From Candidatus Moraniibacteriota bacterium (GTDB lineage: Bacteria > Patescibacteriota > Minisyncoccia > Moranbacterales > UBA1568), in assembly GCA_037133435.1 (NCBI GenBank), contig JBAXOD010000003.1, positions 9,502 through 73,501 on the forward strand: a DNA stretch of 64,000 bases, in the 5' to 3' direction. The position numbers and the translations under genes are program-made. Below, piece by piece: positions 48,993-58,265 of the stretch. The stretch's first letter is position 1. Each line of letters opens with the position of its first letter. The notes below the pieces were generated by a model, which made no database searches, had not been told where the DNA came from, and worked only from the letters and a program-made list of their open reading frames with translations.

Positions 48993-51671
48993 ATGTCTGA
49001 AAAGGATTTTTTCGCTATCGGAGAGGAACGACGGAAGCTTCGTCACGAGGTGCTTGATGCGACCGGGTTTTCGGCACACGAAGTGTCTTCGCGTGGCGGA
49101 GTGGTCGCGAAACCGGAATTCATGAAGGAGGTCAATGAAGGCAACCTTTCAAATGTCGCGGAGAAGGTCGTGCTCGATGCGGACTCGGCGCCTTCGGTAT
49201 CCGAGGGACTTGACCGTATCGAGGCGTTGAACGAGAAAGCAAAGGAGTTCAAACTTTTTCCGGACCGACCGGAGAAAACCGAAGCGGTGTCGCCTGAACA
49301 AACGGAGCGGTCACTTTCCGATGTCCGCCGACGATATGCAAAAGCGCGCGAGGCCAAGGCGCTTGATGGTGGAGGAGAGAAGCCGACGAGGATGGATACA
49401 GAAGAGACGCTCATCGAGCCAAACGAAAAGGAACAGCGAAAGGCAAACCTTTTCCAGGAACTTTATTCGATGGAACGATTTTCCACACTCCAGAAGCAGG
49501 GTCGGTATCGTTTGTTGCGCCGACCGGAAGATGAGCGACTTGCCGAACGGCTTCGTATAGGCGCGGACCTCACGCGGACCGTCATAAAACGGCGCGAAAC
49601 ACTTGAGGCGGATGTGGATACGAGATACGTGGTCCGTGAATATGAGCTGTCGAAATATCGGCAACAGCTGACAAACGAACGCTTCGTGGTCACGCCGAGT
49701 CGGCGTGGCTATATCGATCGGATCGGATCACTCATCGAACAAGGAAAGCCGATTCTTGAGGAAGGGCATACCGGTGGTGGCAAGACCGAGCTCGCGAAGT
49801 ATGCCGCGCGCGAATGTACCGGTCGTGAAGCTGAGGTCGTGTATTGCAACCCACAGACCCGCCAGAGCGATATTTTCGGCAGGCAATCACTTCGTGAAAG
49901 TGACCGCGGGGCAACCGTGACGGATATCGATTTCGGTCCGCTCACGAGGGCTCTTACCGAAGGGAAAATCTGTATTTTCGATGAATTTAACGAGCTTGAC
50001 CCGAGATTCCGGCAGGTGCTCAAAGCCCTCTACAACGCGAAACCTGGGGACATGGTGAACGTGCCGGGCAATGGCAAAGTTCTCGTCGCACAAGGGTTCG
50101 GTTGCATCATGACCGCGAACCTCAAGAGTGAGAAATATGCCGAGAAGGGTGCGCTTGAACCGCAAGAAACACGAGTGTTTCTTGATTCGACCATTCGGAC
50201 GGACTATCCGCCTGCTTCGGAATTGTACGATGTCGCACTGTCCTCACTTGCCGATACGCAGGGGAACGTGCTTCTGACGCGCGAAGAGGCGGACACGACC
50301 CTGAAGCATTTCACCGATGCCATCCACGATATACAGGAGGCATATGCGAACACACTCCCGGCACACTATGGAAATGACACCGATTTTTCGGCGTTCGGGA
50401 AGGGGTCGAAACGGGGGAAACGACCGCAACTCGAGAAATACGTGCTCGATACCGGTATGGCGGTGCGACTCTTACAGGGATTTCGAATCGCACGGATGGA
50501 ACACGGGACATCGCTTGTCGATTTCCTCGACGAAGCACTCATCCGGACCTTCGAGGGGGACAAGATCGGTGAAGAGGACAAGCGCCTCGCGATCTATATG
50601 TTGGCCCAAAAAGGATTCCTCTCAGGATACAAGCAAGAGGACTTTCGGACACGCATCGGGGTCGATTACTCCGACAAGAAGCTCGATCCGACGACATTAT
50701 CAAAATCGAAACGAGCCGAGCTTTCTCCGGACGAAAGCTTTGCGACCCTGTCCGCCGAAGAGGTGGCGAGAATCGATCCGTATGAACGGATGAGAATCGA
50801 CGCGAATGAGGAGCTCGGATTGCCGTCCACGTCACCGGATAAGCCGGGCTCTCCTGAATACCACAGTTTCAGGGAGGCACGGGATATCTTCAAGGAGCGT
50901 TTCTATGGGCCAGAGGAAACAGAGCAGGTCTTCGGGTTCCGACCGGAAGCACCACCGATCCCGTATACAAAAGCAGACATGCTCCGGCACGAACAGCTCG
51001 GTCATATCCTGATGTACAATCCGGATATATTGCCAGACGGGACGCCGTTCGATATTCAGACCATGGCCAGTCGTGCGCTTTCCGGCGGACGCAATGTCTT
51101 GGAACGCGATGCGAGCGGAATTCCGACGAAGTATCTCCTCTACAAGGAGCAGTTTGACGAAAATGGTAAGATCTTGGACGGTGCTTGGTTTTCTGGCGAT
51201 CAAGAAGTGAAAACCGGCACCCCACAGTCTGGGTGGCAGTTTGTCTCGCCCGAGGCCTTGCCTGATACGGAAAACAAAAACTTCGTCGCGCAGACGGATA
51301 TCCTGATCGAGAATGCGAGAGAAAATTTCTTTGGCGGAGGAGTACCGGATGCATTTCAAAAAGCCGTCGATGAATGGCATTCAAAGAAGGTTATGTTCAA
51401 AGATGATGCCAACAAGCTTGCGTCGCTTCCAATCATGAACTTTGTGCGTGAACGAGTACAAAATACGATATTTCGGTTTCTCCTCGTACATGGAACAGGA
51501 AGAGGGACGCTGTTCGCGGACGGCAATTATGTCTGGTCATATGCACTCTCGTCGGGCGGCAGCCTCGTTTCCTTCGGCTTTGCGGTCGCGGTTGGCGCGG
51601 ACGTGTACGGGTACGCGCCGGTTGACTCGTACTCGGATTTGCGTGCCGTGGCCTCCCGCAGTGGATGTTGA
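48993..51671 (+). CDS. DGR target protein: MoxR-like AAA+ ATPase (AAA_5-type) with a C-terminal hypervariable (VR-encoded) domain
   Basis: Walker A LEEGHTGGGKTELAKYA, Walker B ICIFDEFNELD, sensor GFGCIMTANLK. The last ~40 codons are the VR of the DGR; they differ from the downstream TR only at adenine positions. Confidence 0.8.
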   Translation: MSEKDFFAIGEERRKLRHEVLDATGFSAHEVSSRGGVVAKPEFMKEVNEGNLSNVAEKVVLDADSAPSVSEGLDRIEALNEKAKEFKLFPDRPEKTEAVSPEQTERSLSDVRRRYAKAREAKALDGGGEKPTRMDTEETLIEPNEKEQRKANLFQELYSMERFSTLQKQGRYRLLRRPEDERLAERLRIGADLTRTVIKRRETLEADVDTRYVVREYELSKYRQQLTNERFVVTPSRRGYIDRIGSLIEQGKPILEEGHTGGGKTELAKYAARECTGREAEVVYCNPQTRQSDIFGRQSLRESDRGATVTDIDFGPLTRALTEGKICIFDEFNELDPRFRQVLKALYNAKPGDMVNVPGNGKVLVAQGFGCIMTANLKSEKYAEKGALEPQETRVFLDSTIRTDYPPASELYDVALSSLADTQGNVLLTREEADTTLKHFTDAIHDIQEAYANTLPAHYGNDTDFSAFGKGSKRGKRPQLEKYVLDTGMAVRLLQGFRIARMEHGTSLVDFLDEALIRTFEGDKIGEEDKRLAIYMLAQKGFLSGYKQEDFRTRIGVDYSDKKLDPTTLSKSKRAELSPDESFATLSAEEVARIDPYERMRIDANEELGLPSTSPDKPGSPEYHSFREARDIFKERFYGPEETEQVFGFRPEAPPIPYTKADMLRHEQLGHILMYNPDILPDGTPFDIQTMASRALSGGRNVLERDASGIPTKYLLYKEQFDENGKILDGAWFSGDQEVKTGTPQSGWQFVSPEALPDTENKNFVAQTDILIENARENFFGGGVPDAFQKAVDEWHSKKVMFKDDANKLASLPIMNFVRERVQNTIFRFLLVHGTGRGTLFADGNYVWSYALSSGGSLVSFGFAVAVGADVYGYAPVDSYSDLRAVASRSGC
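51543..51658 (+). repeat. DGR variable repeat (VR) at the 3' end of the target gene
   Basis: 116-bp gapless alignment with the TR at about 51925-52040. About 15 mismatches, every one at a TR adenine. The 3' end ...gatttgcgtgccgtggcctcccg is identical (IMH-like). Encodes ...ALSSGGSLVSFGFAVAVGADVYGYAPVDSYSDLRAVASR. Confidence 0.8.
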
Positions 51672-51924
51672 GCTTTGATCTTTGAACCTTTGAGTCGGCT
51701 TCCGCCCCGGAAAGGGGTGGAAGCGGTTTTGAATATGATATACTGATTGTGGGAATGAGACACGGCGTACGCGTCGTGACCCCAGCAGTTTCTGCTTGTC
51801 CGGTGTCGGCGCGAGTATCGACAGAGAGGGGAGTAGGAGCGCGCGCATATTTTCTCCCCACGTCCGGTGCCGGTACGAGACCGTATCCGCTTCGGAACGC
51901 ATTCGGATGGCACCGGGCACCATG

Positions 51925-52040
51925 GCACTCTCGTCGGACGGCAACCTCGTTTACTTCGGCAATGCGGACGCGAATGGCGCGAACGTGAACGGGAACACGC
52001 CGGATGACTCGAACTCGAATTTGCGTGCCGTGGCCTCCCG
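51925..52040 (+). repeat. DGR template repeat (TR)
   Basis: gcactctcgtcggacggcaacctcgtttacttcggcaatgcggacgcgaatggcgcgaacgtgaacgggaacacgccggatgactcgaactcgaatttgcgtgccgtggcctcccg. Rich in AAC/AAT codons (8 Asn in frame). Non-coding position between the target gene and avd. Confidence 0.8.
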
Positions 52041-52052
52041 AAGGAACGGCGA

Positions 52053-52442
52053 TCACCGCGGACGACCCGCGGTTTTCGTTTCCTCCGATTCGGTCGTCTT
52101 TTTGAGCCAGCCACCGATCATCTTGCCGATCTCGACGCCGTATCCGGATAATTCGGCGTACCCGGCATCGTTGAGACATCGGGTATCGTGCGCGAGCCGG
52201 AGATGAAAGAAAAATATCCGCAGTGTCACGTCCATCTTGTTGAGGATCATGGCCCTCGATGTGCCACGTTTCGATTGAGCCAGGTAGCCGAGCTCGACAA
52301 TCTCGAGGAGGGACTGTTCGAGACGCATACCGAGCGAGTAGCGTGACGCTTTCGGAAATGAAAGAATACGGGTATGGAGACACCGATAACAGTCGGCAAG
52401 CCGAAGGAAAATGACCGGTTCCGAGAAGTTGCTGTCGTTCAT
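52053..52442 (-). CDS. avd: DGR accessory variability determinant (Avd), four-helix-bundle family
   Basis: 129-aa minus-strand ORF: ...FPKASRYSLGMRLEQSLLEIVELGYLAQSK...LNKMDVTLRIFFFHLRLAHDTRCLNDAGYAELSGYGVEIGKMIGGWLKK. This aligns well with the bAvd/PF05635 pattern (...LRLA...EIGKMLGGW...). Divergent from the RT. Confidence 0.7.
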   Translation of the reverse strand: MNDSNFSEPVIFLRLADCYRCLHTRILSFPKASRYSLGMRLEQSLLEIVELGYLAQSKRGTSRAMILNKMDVTLRIFFFHLRLAHDTRCLNDAGYAELSGYGVEIGKMIGGWLKKTTESEETKTAGRPR

Positions 52443-52448
52443 GATGAT

Positions 52449-53474
52449 ATGTTCGAACGGATTATCTCACTTGAGAACCTGGTTGGCGCGTGGCGTGAAT
52501 TCCGAATCGGGAAACGTTCCAAAAAAGACGTCATCGAGTTCGGTGATCGGGTCGAAGAATATCTCGTGGCGCTCGCTCTCGACCTGAAAGCCGGGAAGTA
52601 TCGTCACGGACAGTATACCCGATTCATCGTCCACGATCCAAAACGGAGGGAAATATCCAAGGCGCCGGTCCGTGACCGGGTGCTCCACCATGCCCTTTGC
52701 CGAGTGATCGTTCCCGTGTTCGATCGCGGATTCATTTTCGATTCGTATGCGAATCGGACCGGGAAAGGGACACTTTCCGCGAATGACCGGCTCGATGCCT
52801 TCGTCCGGAAATGCTCGCGAAACGGCTCGCGCACGGCGTTCGTATTGAAGGCTGATATCCGGAAATACTTCGATTCGGTCGATCACGAAACGTTGCTTCG
52901 GATTTTGGGTCGACGGATCCGATGTGAACGAACGCTCGGATTGCTTCACTTTGTCGTTTCGAGCTTTGAAACGTCTCCCGGTAAAGGTATTCCACTCGGA
53001 AACTTGACGTCGCAACTGTTCTCCAACGCGTATCTCGATCCATTTGACCAGTTCGTAAAGCGAGAGCTCGGTGTGAAATACTATATCCGGTATGCCGATG
53101 ATTTCGTGGTCCTTTCGGACGATGTGGGAGCGCTTGACCGCATGCGGTCACGTATGGATGCGTTCCTGACCCTGAATCTCGGCCTCACGCTACATCCCGA
53201 GAAGACACGGATTGTTCGATTCGGGAGCGGGGTGGATTTTCTCGGGAAGGTGCATTTCCGATTTCACCGGGTCCTTCGCGTGAAAACGAAGAGACGAAGT
53301 ATCCGGAGAATCGCATCTCGGAATGAGTCATCGTATATCGGACTCCTGAGACATTCGCGGTCGCATGGATTGGTACGGATACTCCGTGATATACTGGAAC
53401 AAAGGAATATTTTGGAAGAAGTATGCGTGAACCCGTCTACAAAGCCGAGCGGAGCGTGGACCAGTCGGGTATGA
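52449..53474 (+). CDS. DGR reverse transcriptase
   Basis: RT motifs including YADDFVV. The DGR-diagnostic LGNLTSQ (I/LGxxxSQ in motif 4, replacing the group II intron QG). N-terminus MFERIISLENLVGAW resembles the Bordetella bRT start. The ORF track offers 52374 as an upstream start, but that would overlap avd. Confidence 0.85.
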   Translation: MFERIISLENLVGAWREFRIGKRSKKDVIEFGDRVEEYLVALALDLKAGKYRHGQYTRFIVHDPKRREISKAPVRDRVLHHALCRVIVPVFDRGFIFDSYANRTGKGTLSANDRLDAFVRKCSRNGSRTAFVLKADIRKYFDSVDHETLLRILGRRIRCERTLGLLHFVVSSFETSPGKGIPLGNLTSQLFSNAYLDPFDQFVKRELGVKYYIRYADDFVVLSDDVGALDRMRSRMDAFLTLNLGLTLHPEKTRIVRFGSGVDFLGKVHFRFHRVLRVKTKRRSIRRIASRNESSYIGLLRHSRSHGLVRILRDILEQRNILEEVCVNPSTKPSGAWTSRV

Positions 53475-55471
53475 CACGTCCCGATTCGGGCGACAACGGC
53501 GACCCGGTGGCCGATTTTATCGAACGAAACAAACGTGCGCTTACGCAGTATGCCGGCGATGCGTCGCTTTCCGTGCGTTCTGCCGAGGGGGTGATGACAC
53601 CAGACGGCCCGCTTGAGACATGCGCGATCGATCTTGAGAAGGGAGAATATTATTTGCATCGACGGTTCCGGGACGGGGCATACGGTGGATCCGAGGAGAA
53701 GATGCTCTTCGGGGCGTTTCATGAGATAGAACACTTCCGCGAGCTTCGGGGTCTTTTGCGGGAGCACACCGGGTCGGACGTCTGGCGGAAATTGCGAAAG
53801 AAAAAAGAAGAACGGACGCGGTATCATATATTGGATAATTCTTTTGGTGATGTGAAGATGAATAATGCGGTCGTGAATCGCGCGCCCGTATTGTCCGGGA
53901 CGCGGGAAGAACTGTATCGGAGCGACCTATTTCCCGAGCGGGACTTGACGGGCCTTCCGAAACATTTGCAGTTCGTGCACGTGCTGAATTGCGAGATGCA
54001 GATCCCGGGCGAGACCTGGACGGTCGATCCGGACGTCCGTGAGGAATTCGAGAAACTGAAAACGATACGCGGTCAGAAATCCGGACGCCCGATACTCGAG
54101 TATGCGACCCATCCGGATATCTCGATGCGTGATCGACTGATCGTGCAAGACGCGCTCATCGAACCGGTGTACGAAAAATTCTTCGTAGAGGACGTTCGGA
54201 AGAAACAAGAACAGCAATCGAACAAACCTTCGGAATCGGGGCAAAAAAATGGTGAACCGGACCAAAGCGGGGATGCATCGAAACCGGGAAGCAGTGATGG
54301 AAAGCCGGATACGAATCAGGAGCCTCCATCGGAATCGTCTTCGAAGCCAGGGAATGAAATGCCTGGGCAGAGCGAAGGGGCTTCGGGTAAGTCGACCGAT
54401 GAAAACAGGACTGACCCCGAGAATCCCGAGGCATATTTCCGTAAGGAATATGATGACTATTTTAAACAGCATCCGGAGGCGATACCAAAAGACGTGTTGA
54501 AGCGTGTTGTGGAAGAGGAAATCACACGACAAAACGAAAGCATGCGAGATCCTGGAAAAAACGCGTTCGATGCGTATGCCCGGGCGCAGGGCGTCGAGCC
54601 GAACGATCTTCGGAACTATATGCGTTTCCGTGACTCGCTCGAAAAAATAACCGATTCGGAAACAGGCGAATCGGTTGTAGATGCGATACGAGAACTGTTC
54701 GAGCGGATTATTTCGAAACGTTTGAAGTGGATGCCAGAGCCGAAATACCCACTTCCGGAAGGGGACGAGCTTGAATATCCTGCAGAAGCAGTTGTCAGGA
54801 CACGCGCTGGCGAGACAGAACCAGACGTATGGAGTGAGACGGAATTTCGTGAAAAAGAGGGGGATTTCACGGGTGACTTCGATGTGACTCTTGTTGGTGA
54901 TACCTCGATTTCGATGGCGGAAAATGGCGGGAAAAAACGGGACGAACAGAAGAAAGGCATCATATTGATCATGGAGGCACTTTCTGAATTCTCGGAGCGA
55001 TTAGAAGAGGTGCGCTCGCGGCTCCGACATGATCTGCACGTCCGTTCGGAAGGATGGGTATTCGGGAATTCGGCGGAATGTGTCAAACCGCTGTCCGAGG
55101 ATTTGTCGGAGAAAGACCGGGTCGCGATGTACAAGCGACTTGGGAACACGAGCGGATCGACGAAGGACTTTCTCGTACTCAAAAAGTTGTCTGATGCCCT
55201 GACCGAAGATGAAGTGAATCGCATACGTAATGGAAGTCTTAAAAAAATTGTTATCGTCATGACCGATGGAGATAGTGATAACGTAGCGCTTGTACAAGAA
55301 GAGCTCAAAAAACTTCGTGATAATGGCGTCATCGTTATCGGCGTAGGGATAACTGAAGAAGGGAAATCGGCACTGACGACCTATGCGCCGGAGGCGAGGC
55401 TTTGTGAAAAAGCGACGGATGTAGCCATGGTTCTCGGTGAACTGCTCAAGGAACATCTCCGGAGCCTTTAA
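53471..55471 (+). CDS. vWA domain protein (MIDAS motif) with N-terminal HExxH-containing region
   Basis: C-terminal vWA domain: DVTLVGDTSISM ... IVIVMTDGDSDN (DxSxS...T...D MIDAS). N-terminal FHEIEHF. Central low-complexity acidic/Ser-Gly-rich linker. The start ATG overlaps the RT stop (ATGA). The ORF track start 53423 is in the same frame. Confidence 0.7.
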   Translation: MTRPDSGDNGDPVADFIERNKRALTQYAGDASLSVRSAEGVMTPDGPLETCAIDLEKGEYYLHRRFRDGAYGGSEEKMLFGAFHEIEHFRELRGLLREHTGSDVWRKLRKKKEERTRYHILDNSFGDVKMNNAVVNRAPVLSGTREELYRSDLFPERDLTGLPKHLQFVHVLNCEMQIPGETWTVDPDVREEFEKLKTIRGQKSGRPILEYATHPDISMRDRLIVQDALIEPVYEKFFVEDVRKKQEQQSNKPSESGQKNGEPDQSGDASKPGSSDGKPDTNQEPPSESSSKPGNEMPGQSEGASGKSTDENRTDPENPEAYFRKEYDDYFKQHPEAIPKDVLKRVVEEEITRQNESMRDPGKNAFDAYARAQGVEPNDLRNYMRFRDSLEKITDSETGESVVDAIRELFERIISKRLKWMPEPKYPLPEGDELEYPAEAVVRTRAGETEPDVWSETEFREKEGDFTGDFDVTLVGDTSISMAENGGKKRDEQKKGIILIMEALSEFSERLEEVRSRLRHDLHVRSEGWVFGNSAECVKPLSEDLSEKDRVAMYKRLGNTSGSTKDFLVLKKLSDALTEDEVNRIRNGSLKKIVIVMTDGDSDNVALVQEELKKLRDNGVIVIGVGITEEGKSALTTYAPEARLCEKATDVAMVLGELLKEHLRSL

Positions 55472-55538
55472 TGGGTCGGAGCATAGTCTATTTTCCCGAA
55501 ATGACCTTTTCTGGTACAATGGTGGCAGGATAACTCCT

Positions 55539-56309
55539 CTATTTTCATCTATGGAAGGGAACGGCATCTACCTCTCGATCGTCATACCGGCATACAAGGA
55601 GGGAGAACGGATCGGCAGGAACCTGCTCGAGATAGACAAATACCTGAAAGCCAAGGATTTTACGTACGAGATCGTCGTCGTCGTGGACGGTTCGCCGGAC
55701 AATACCGCGGAAGTGGCCCGCAATTACGCTCATCAGGTCGCGAATCTCCGGGTGATCGAGAATACGGAAAATCACGGAAAGGGTTTCGTGGTGAGACAGG
55801 GACTGCTCGAGGCGAAGGGGAAGTATCGGGTTTTCCTGGACGCGGACGGCTCGACCTCCATCACGCATTGGGATTCCTTCGCACCGGTGTTCGAGAACGG
55901 GGCGGACGTGGTGATCGGCTCCCGGGATCTTCCGGATTCGTTCATCCAGGTCCATCAGCCGAAGTATCGCGAGGTGATGGGCAATATGGGGAATTGGCTG
56001 ATCCGTATCGCTTTGGGTCTGTGGAAATTTCCGGATACGCAGTGCGGTTTCAAGGCGCTGACCGGTGAAGCGGCGGATGCGGTCGCCAAGCGTATGGTCG
56101 TGGACCGGTTCGGATTCGATTTCGAGCTGATCACGCTGGCCAAACGGCTCGGGTTCCGGATAGAGCAGATGCCGGTCCGATGGATGAACGAGGAAGGCTC
56201 GACCGTCTCGCTCGCCGGAAAGAACGGTTTCACCCAGGTGCTGATCGATCTGTGGAATACGCGACTGAGGTTGTGGACCGGAGCGTATCGATTGAAAGAC
56301 GAGGCCTGA
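55539..56309 (+). CDS. family 2 glycosyltransferase (dolichyl/polyprenyl-phosphate hexosyltransferase-like)
   Basis: LSIVIPAYKEGERI, VVVVDGSPDNT, DADGS and QCGFKAL GT-A/GT2 motifs. The ORF track starts at 55437; the likely ATG is at 55539. Confidence 0.75.
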   Translation, partial: LFSSMEGNGIYLSIVIPAYKEGERIGRNLLEIDKYLKAKDFTYEIVVVVDGSPDNTAEVARNYAHQVANLRVIENTENHGKGFVVRQGLLEAKGKYRVFLDADGSTSITHWDSFAPVFENGADVVIGSRDLPDSFIQVHQPKYREVMGNMGNWLIRIALGLWKFPDTQCGFKALTGEAADAVAKRMVVDRFGFDFELITLAKRLGFRIEQMPVRWMNEEGSTVSLAGKNGFTQVLIDLWNTRLRLWTGAYRLKDEA

Positions 56310-56347
56310 CGGAAGAATAAAAAAAGGAAAAAAAATAACACAAAGCC

Positions 56348-57421
56348 GTGAAAATAGAAGTGATCGAAAAAAAGACGGAACGTGGGGCGTCAGTCGTCCC
56401 GCCGAAGAACAAGGACTCCCGCGAATCGGAGTCCGAGTTGCGGCAGGATATCATCACCGGCGACTGGGTGGTCATCGCGACTGGCCGGGCGAAGCGGCCC
56501 GATGAGTTCGTTTCGCCGGAACGCGTTCCTGCGGACGAGGATGTAGCGGATCCGTTCTCCGATCTCGTGGCGAGCGGTCAGAAGGAATCCGTGCTCGTCT
56601 ATCGTCGTGCGGACGGGGATTGGAGCCTGTCGGTGATCCCGAACCTGTATCCGTCGTTTTCGAGTGGCAAGGTGCCACGCGACCTTTCGGAAGGCCCGTA
56701 TTTCGCGATGAGCGGGGTGGGATACCACGAAATCATCATCACGCGAGATCCGAAGCTTTCCATCGCGGAACTTCCACTCTGGCAGGTGGCCGAAGTGATC
56801 GACGCGTACCAGGACCGGTATCTCGCGCTCATGGCCAGGAAGAGCGTCAAATACATCCAGGTGTTTCATAATCACGGCAAGGAAGCGGGAGCGTCGATCC
56901 CTCACCCTCATTCCCAACTGATGGCAATCCCGATCATCTCGCCCTTTATCGAGTCGCAGCTTCGCGGGGCGGAACGGTATCGGAAGAACCATCGGGAGAA
57001 CGTGTTTCAGACCATCCTCGATTTCGAAAGCGAATCCCGGACCCGTTTCGTCTTCGAAAACGAACACTTCTTCGCGTTTTGTCCGTTTTCTTCGAGAGTC
57101 GCGTTCGAGACGTGGATCATGCCGAAAAAATCGGGAAACCCGTATTTTGAACGGATCACGGAAGAAGAAAAGCTCGCGCTTGCCGAAGCCCTGCAGAAGA
57201 CATTGTCCGCCATTCACGAAGGACTCGGCGACCCGGCATACAATTTCTATCTCAATACCGCGCCGTGCGACGGCAGGGAATATCCGTTCTACCGCTGGCA
57301 TGTCGAGATCCTGCCGAAGACCTCCGTGTGGGCGGGATTCGAGATCTCGACCGGTGTGGAAGTTTCCACGATCCAGCCTGAAGTGGCCGCAGAATATCTC
57401 CGCTCACAGCTCGAATCTTGA
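56348..57421 (+). CDS. galT: galactose-1-phosphate uridylyltransferase family protein (HIT-like)
   Basis: Active-site HPHSQ (SIPHPHSQL), paired half-barrel HIT-like organisation. Zinc ligands not all obvious. Confidence 0.65.
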   Translation: MKIEVIEKKTERGASVVPPKNKDSRESESELRQDIITGDWVVIATGRAKRPDEFVSPERVPADEDVADPFSDLVASGQKESVLVYRRADGDWSLSVIPNLYPSFSSGKVPRDLSEGPYFAMSGVGYHEIIITRDPKLSIAELPLWQVAEVIDAYQDRYLALMARKSVKYIQVFHNHGKEAGASIPHPHSQLMAIPIISPFIESQLRGAERYRKNHRENVFQTILDFESESRTRFVFENEHFFAFCPFSSRVAFETWIMPKKSGNPYFERITEEEKLALAEALQKTLSAIHEGLGDPAYNFYLNTAPCDGREYPFYRWHVEILPKTSVWAGFEISTGVEVSTIQPEVAAEYLRSQLES

Positions 57422-57442
57422 TTCCGACCACCTGTACCACTT

Positions 57443-58231
57443 ATGACGAAACGATATTTTGTCGGCAATCTCAAGATGAATCCGGTTTCCGTGAGTCAGG
57501 CGGACGCGTATCTGGACGCGTTGCGGGAGGAACTCTCCGGAAAGGCTTTCAATGATACCAAGGTGATTATCGCCCCTCCGGCGGTGTATCTCGAACGGTT
57601 TGGAAACAGGCTTCCGAAGGGCATATCGCTTGCCGCTCAGGACACATTCTGGGAGCCGGAAGGATCGTTTACCGGGCAGATTTCACCGAACATGCTCCGG
57701 GATCTTGGATCGGCATTCGTCATCGTGGGACACAGCGAACGAAGGTCATACGCGCATGAGACCGATACCGAAGTGGGGCAAAAGGTCCGCGCCGCGATTC
57801 GTGAAGGTCTGCGTCCGATAGTGTGCGTCGGAGAGACGGCGGATGAAAAGGAACAAAACGAAACGGGAACCGTCATCACAAGACAGGTGACCGAGGCGCT
57901 ACGCGACGTGTCTTTTGAAGATATCGGTCGGATCATCGTCGCCTATGAACCGAGATGGGCTATCGGTACCGATCGGACCCCGGAACGGGAAGAGATCCGG
58001 GAAGTCGCGATTTTGATACGAAAGGTGATCGACTCGCTTCGCGGGGAGTCAGGCTCGGAGGTGCCGGTCCTCTATGGCGGATCCGTGAAGACGTCCCTGT
58101 TGGAAAAAGTCTGTTTCGGACCGGGTATGGACGGGGTGCTGGTCGGGCGCGACAGTCTCATCCCGAAAGAGGTGGTCGCGATGGTTGCGATAATCGACTC
58201 GTACGTGGAAAAAGGGACCGACGGGGAGTAG
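57443..58231 (+). CDS. tpiA: triosephosphate isomerase
   Basis: NLKMN, GHSERR, AYEPRWAIGT(D), YGGSV motifs. Somewhat divergent. Confidence 0.75.
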   Translation: MTKRYFVGNLKMNPVSVSQADAYLDALREELSGKAFNDTKVIIAPPAVYLERFGNRLPKGISLAAQDTFWEPEGSFTGQISPNMLRDLGSAFVIVGHSERRSYAHETDTEVGQKVRAAIREGLRPIVCVGETADEKEQNETGTVITRQVTEALRDVSFEDIGRIIVAYEPRWAIGTDRTPEREEIREVAILIRKVIDSLRGESGSEVPVLYGGSVKTSLLEKVCFGPGMDGVLVGRDSLIPKEVVAMVAIIDSYVEKGTDGE

Positions 58232-58265
58232 ACGGAATAATACGATAGAACCGATACGAAAGACT

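Larger units (their letters stand above)
51543..53474 (+). mobile_element. diversity-generating retroelement core (VR - TR - avd - RT)
   Basis: The co-localised components are described individually above. Confidence 0.8.

Noticed and set aside
51442-51678. 78-aa ORF overlapping the VR in another frame, and 136-aa ORF 51796..52206 spanning the TR
   Set aside because: Both are reading-frame artefacts of the VR/TR repeats. The TR is expected to be non-coding, and the 51796 ORF simply reads through it.
52374-52448. RT start at 52374 as given by the ORF track
   Set aside because: It would overlap the Avd ORF by 69 nt. The in-frame Met at 52449 gives an N-terminus that matches known DGR RT starts (M-x-x-[IL]-I-x-x-E-N-L). 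The upstream start is retained only as an alternative.
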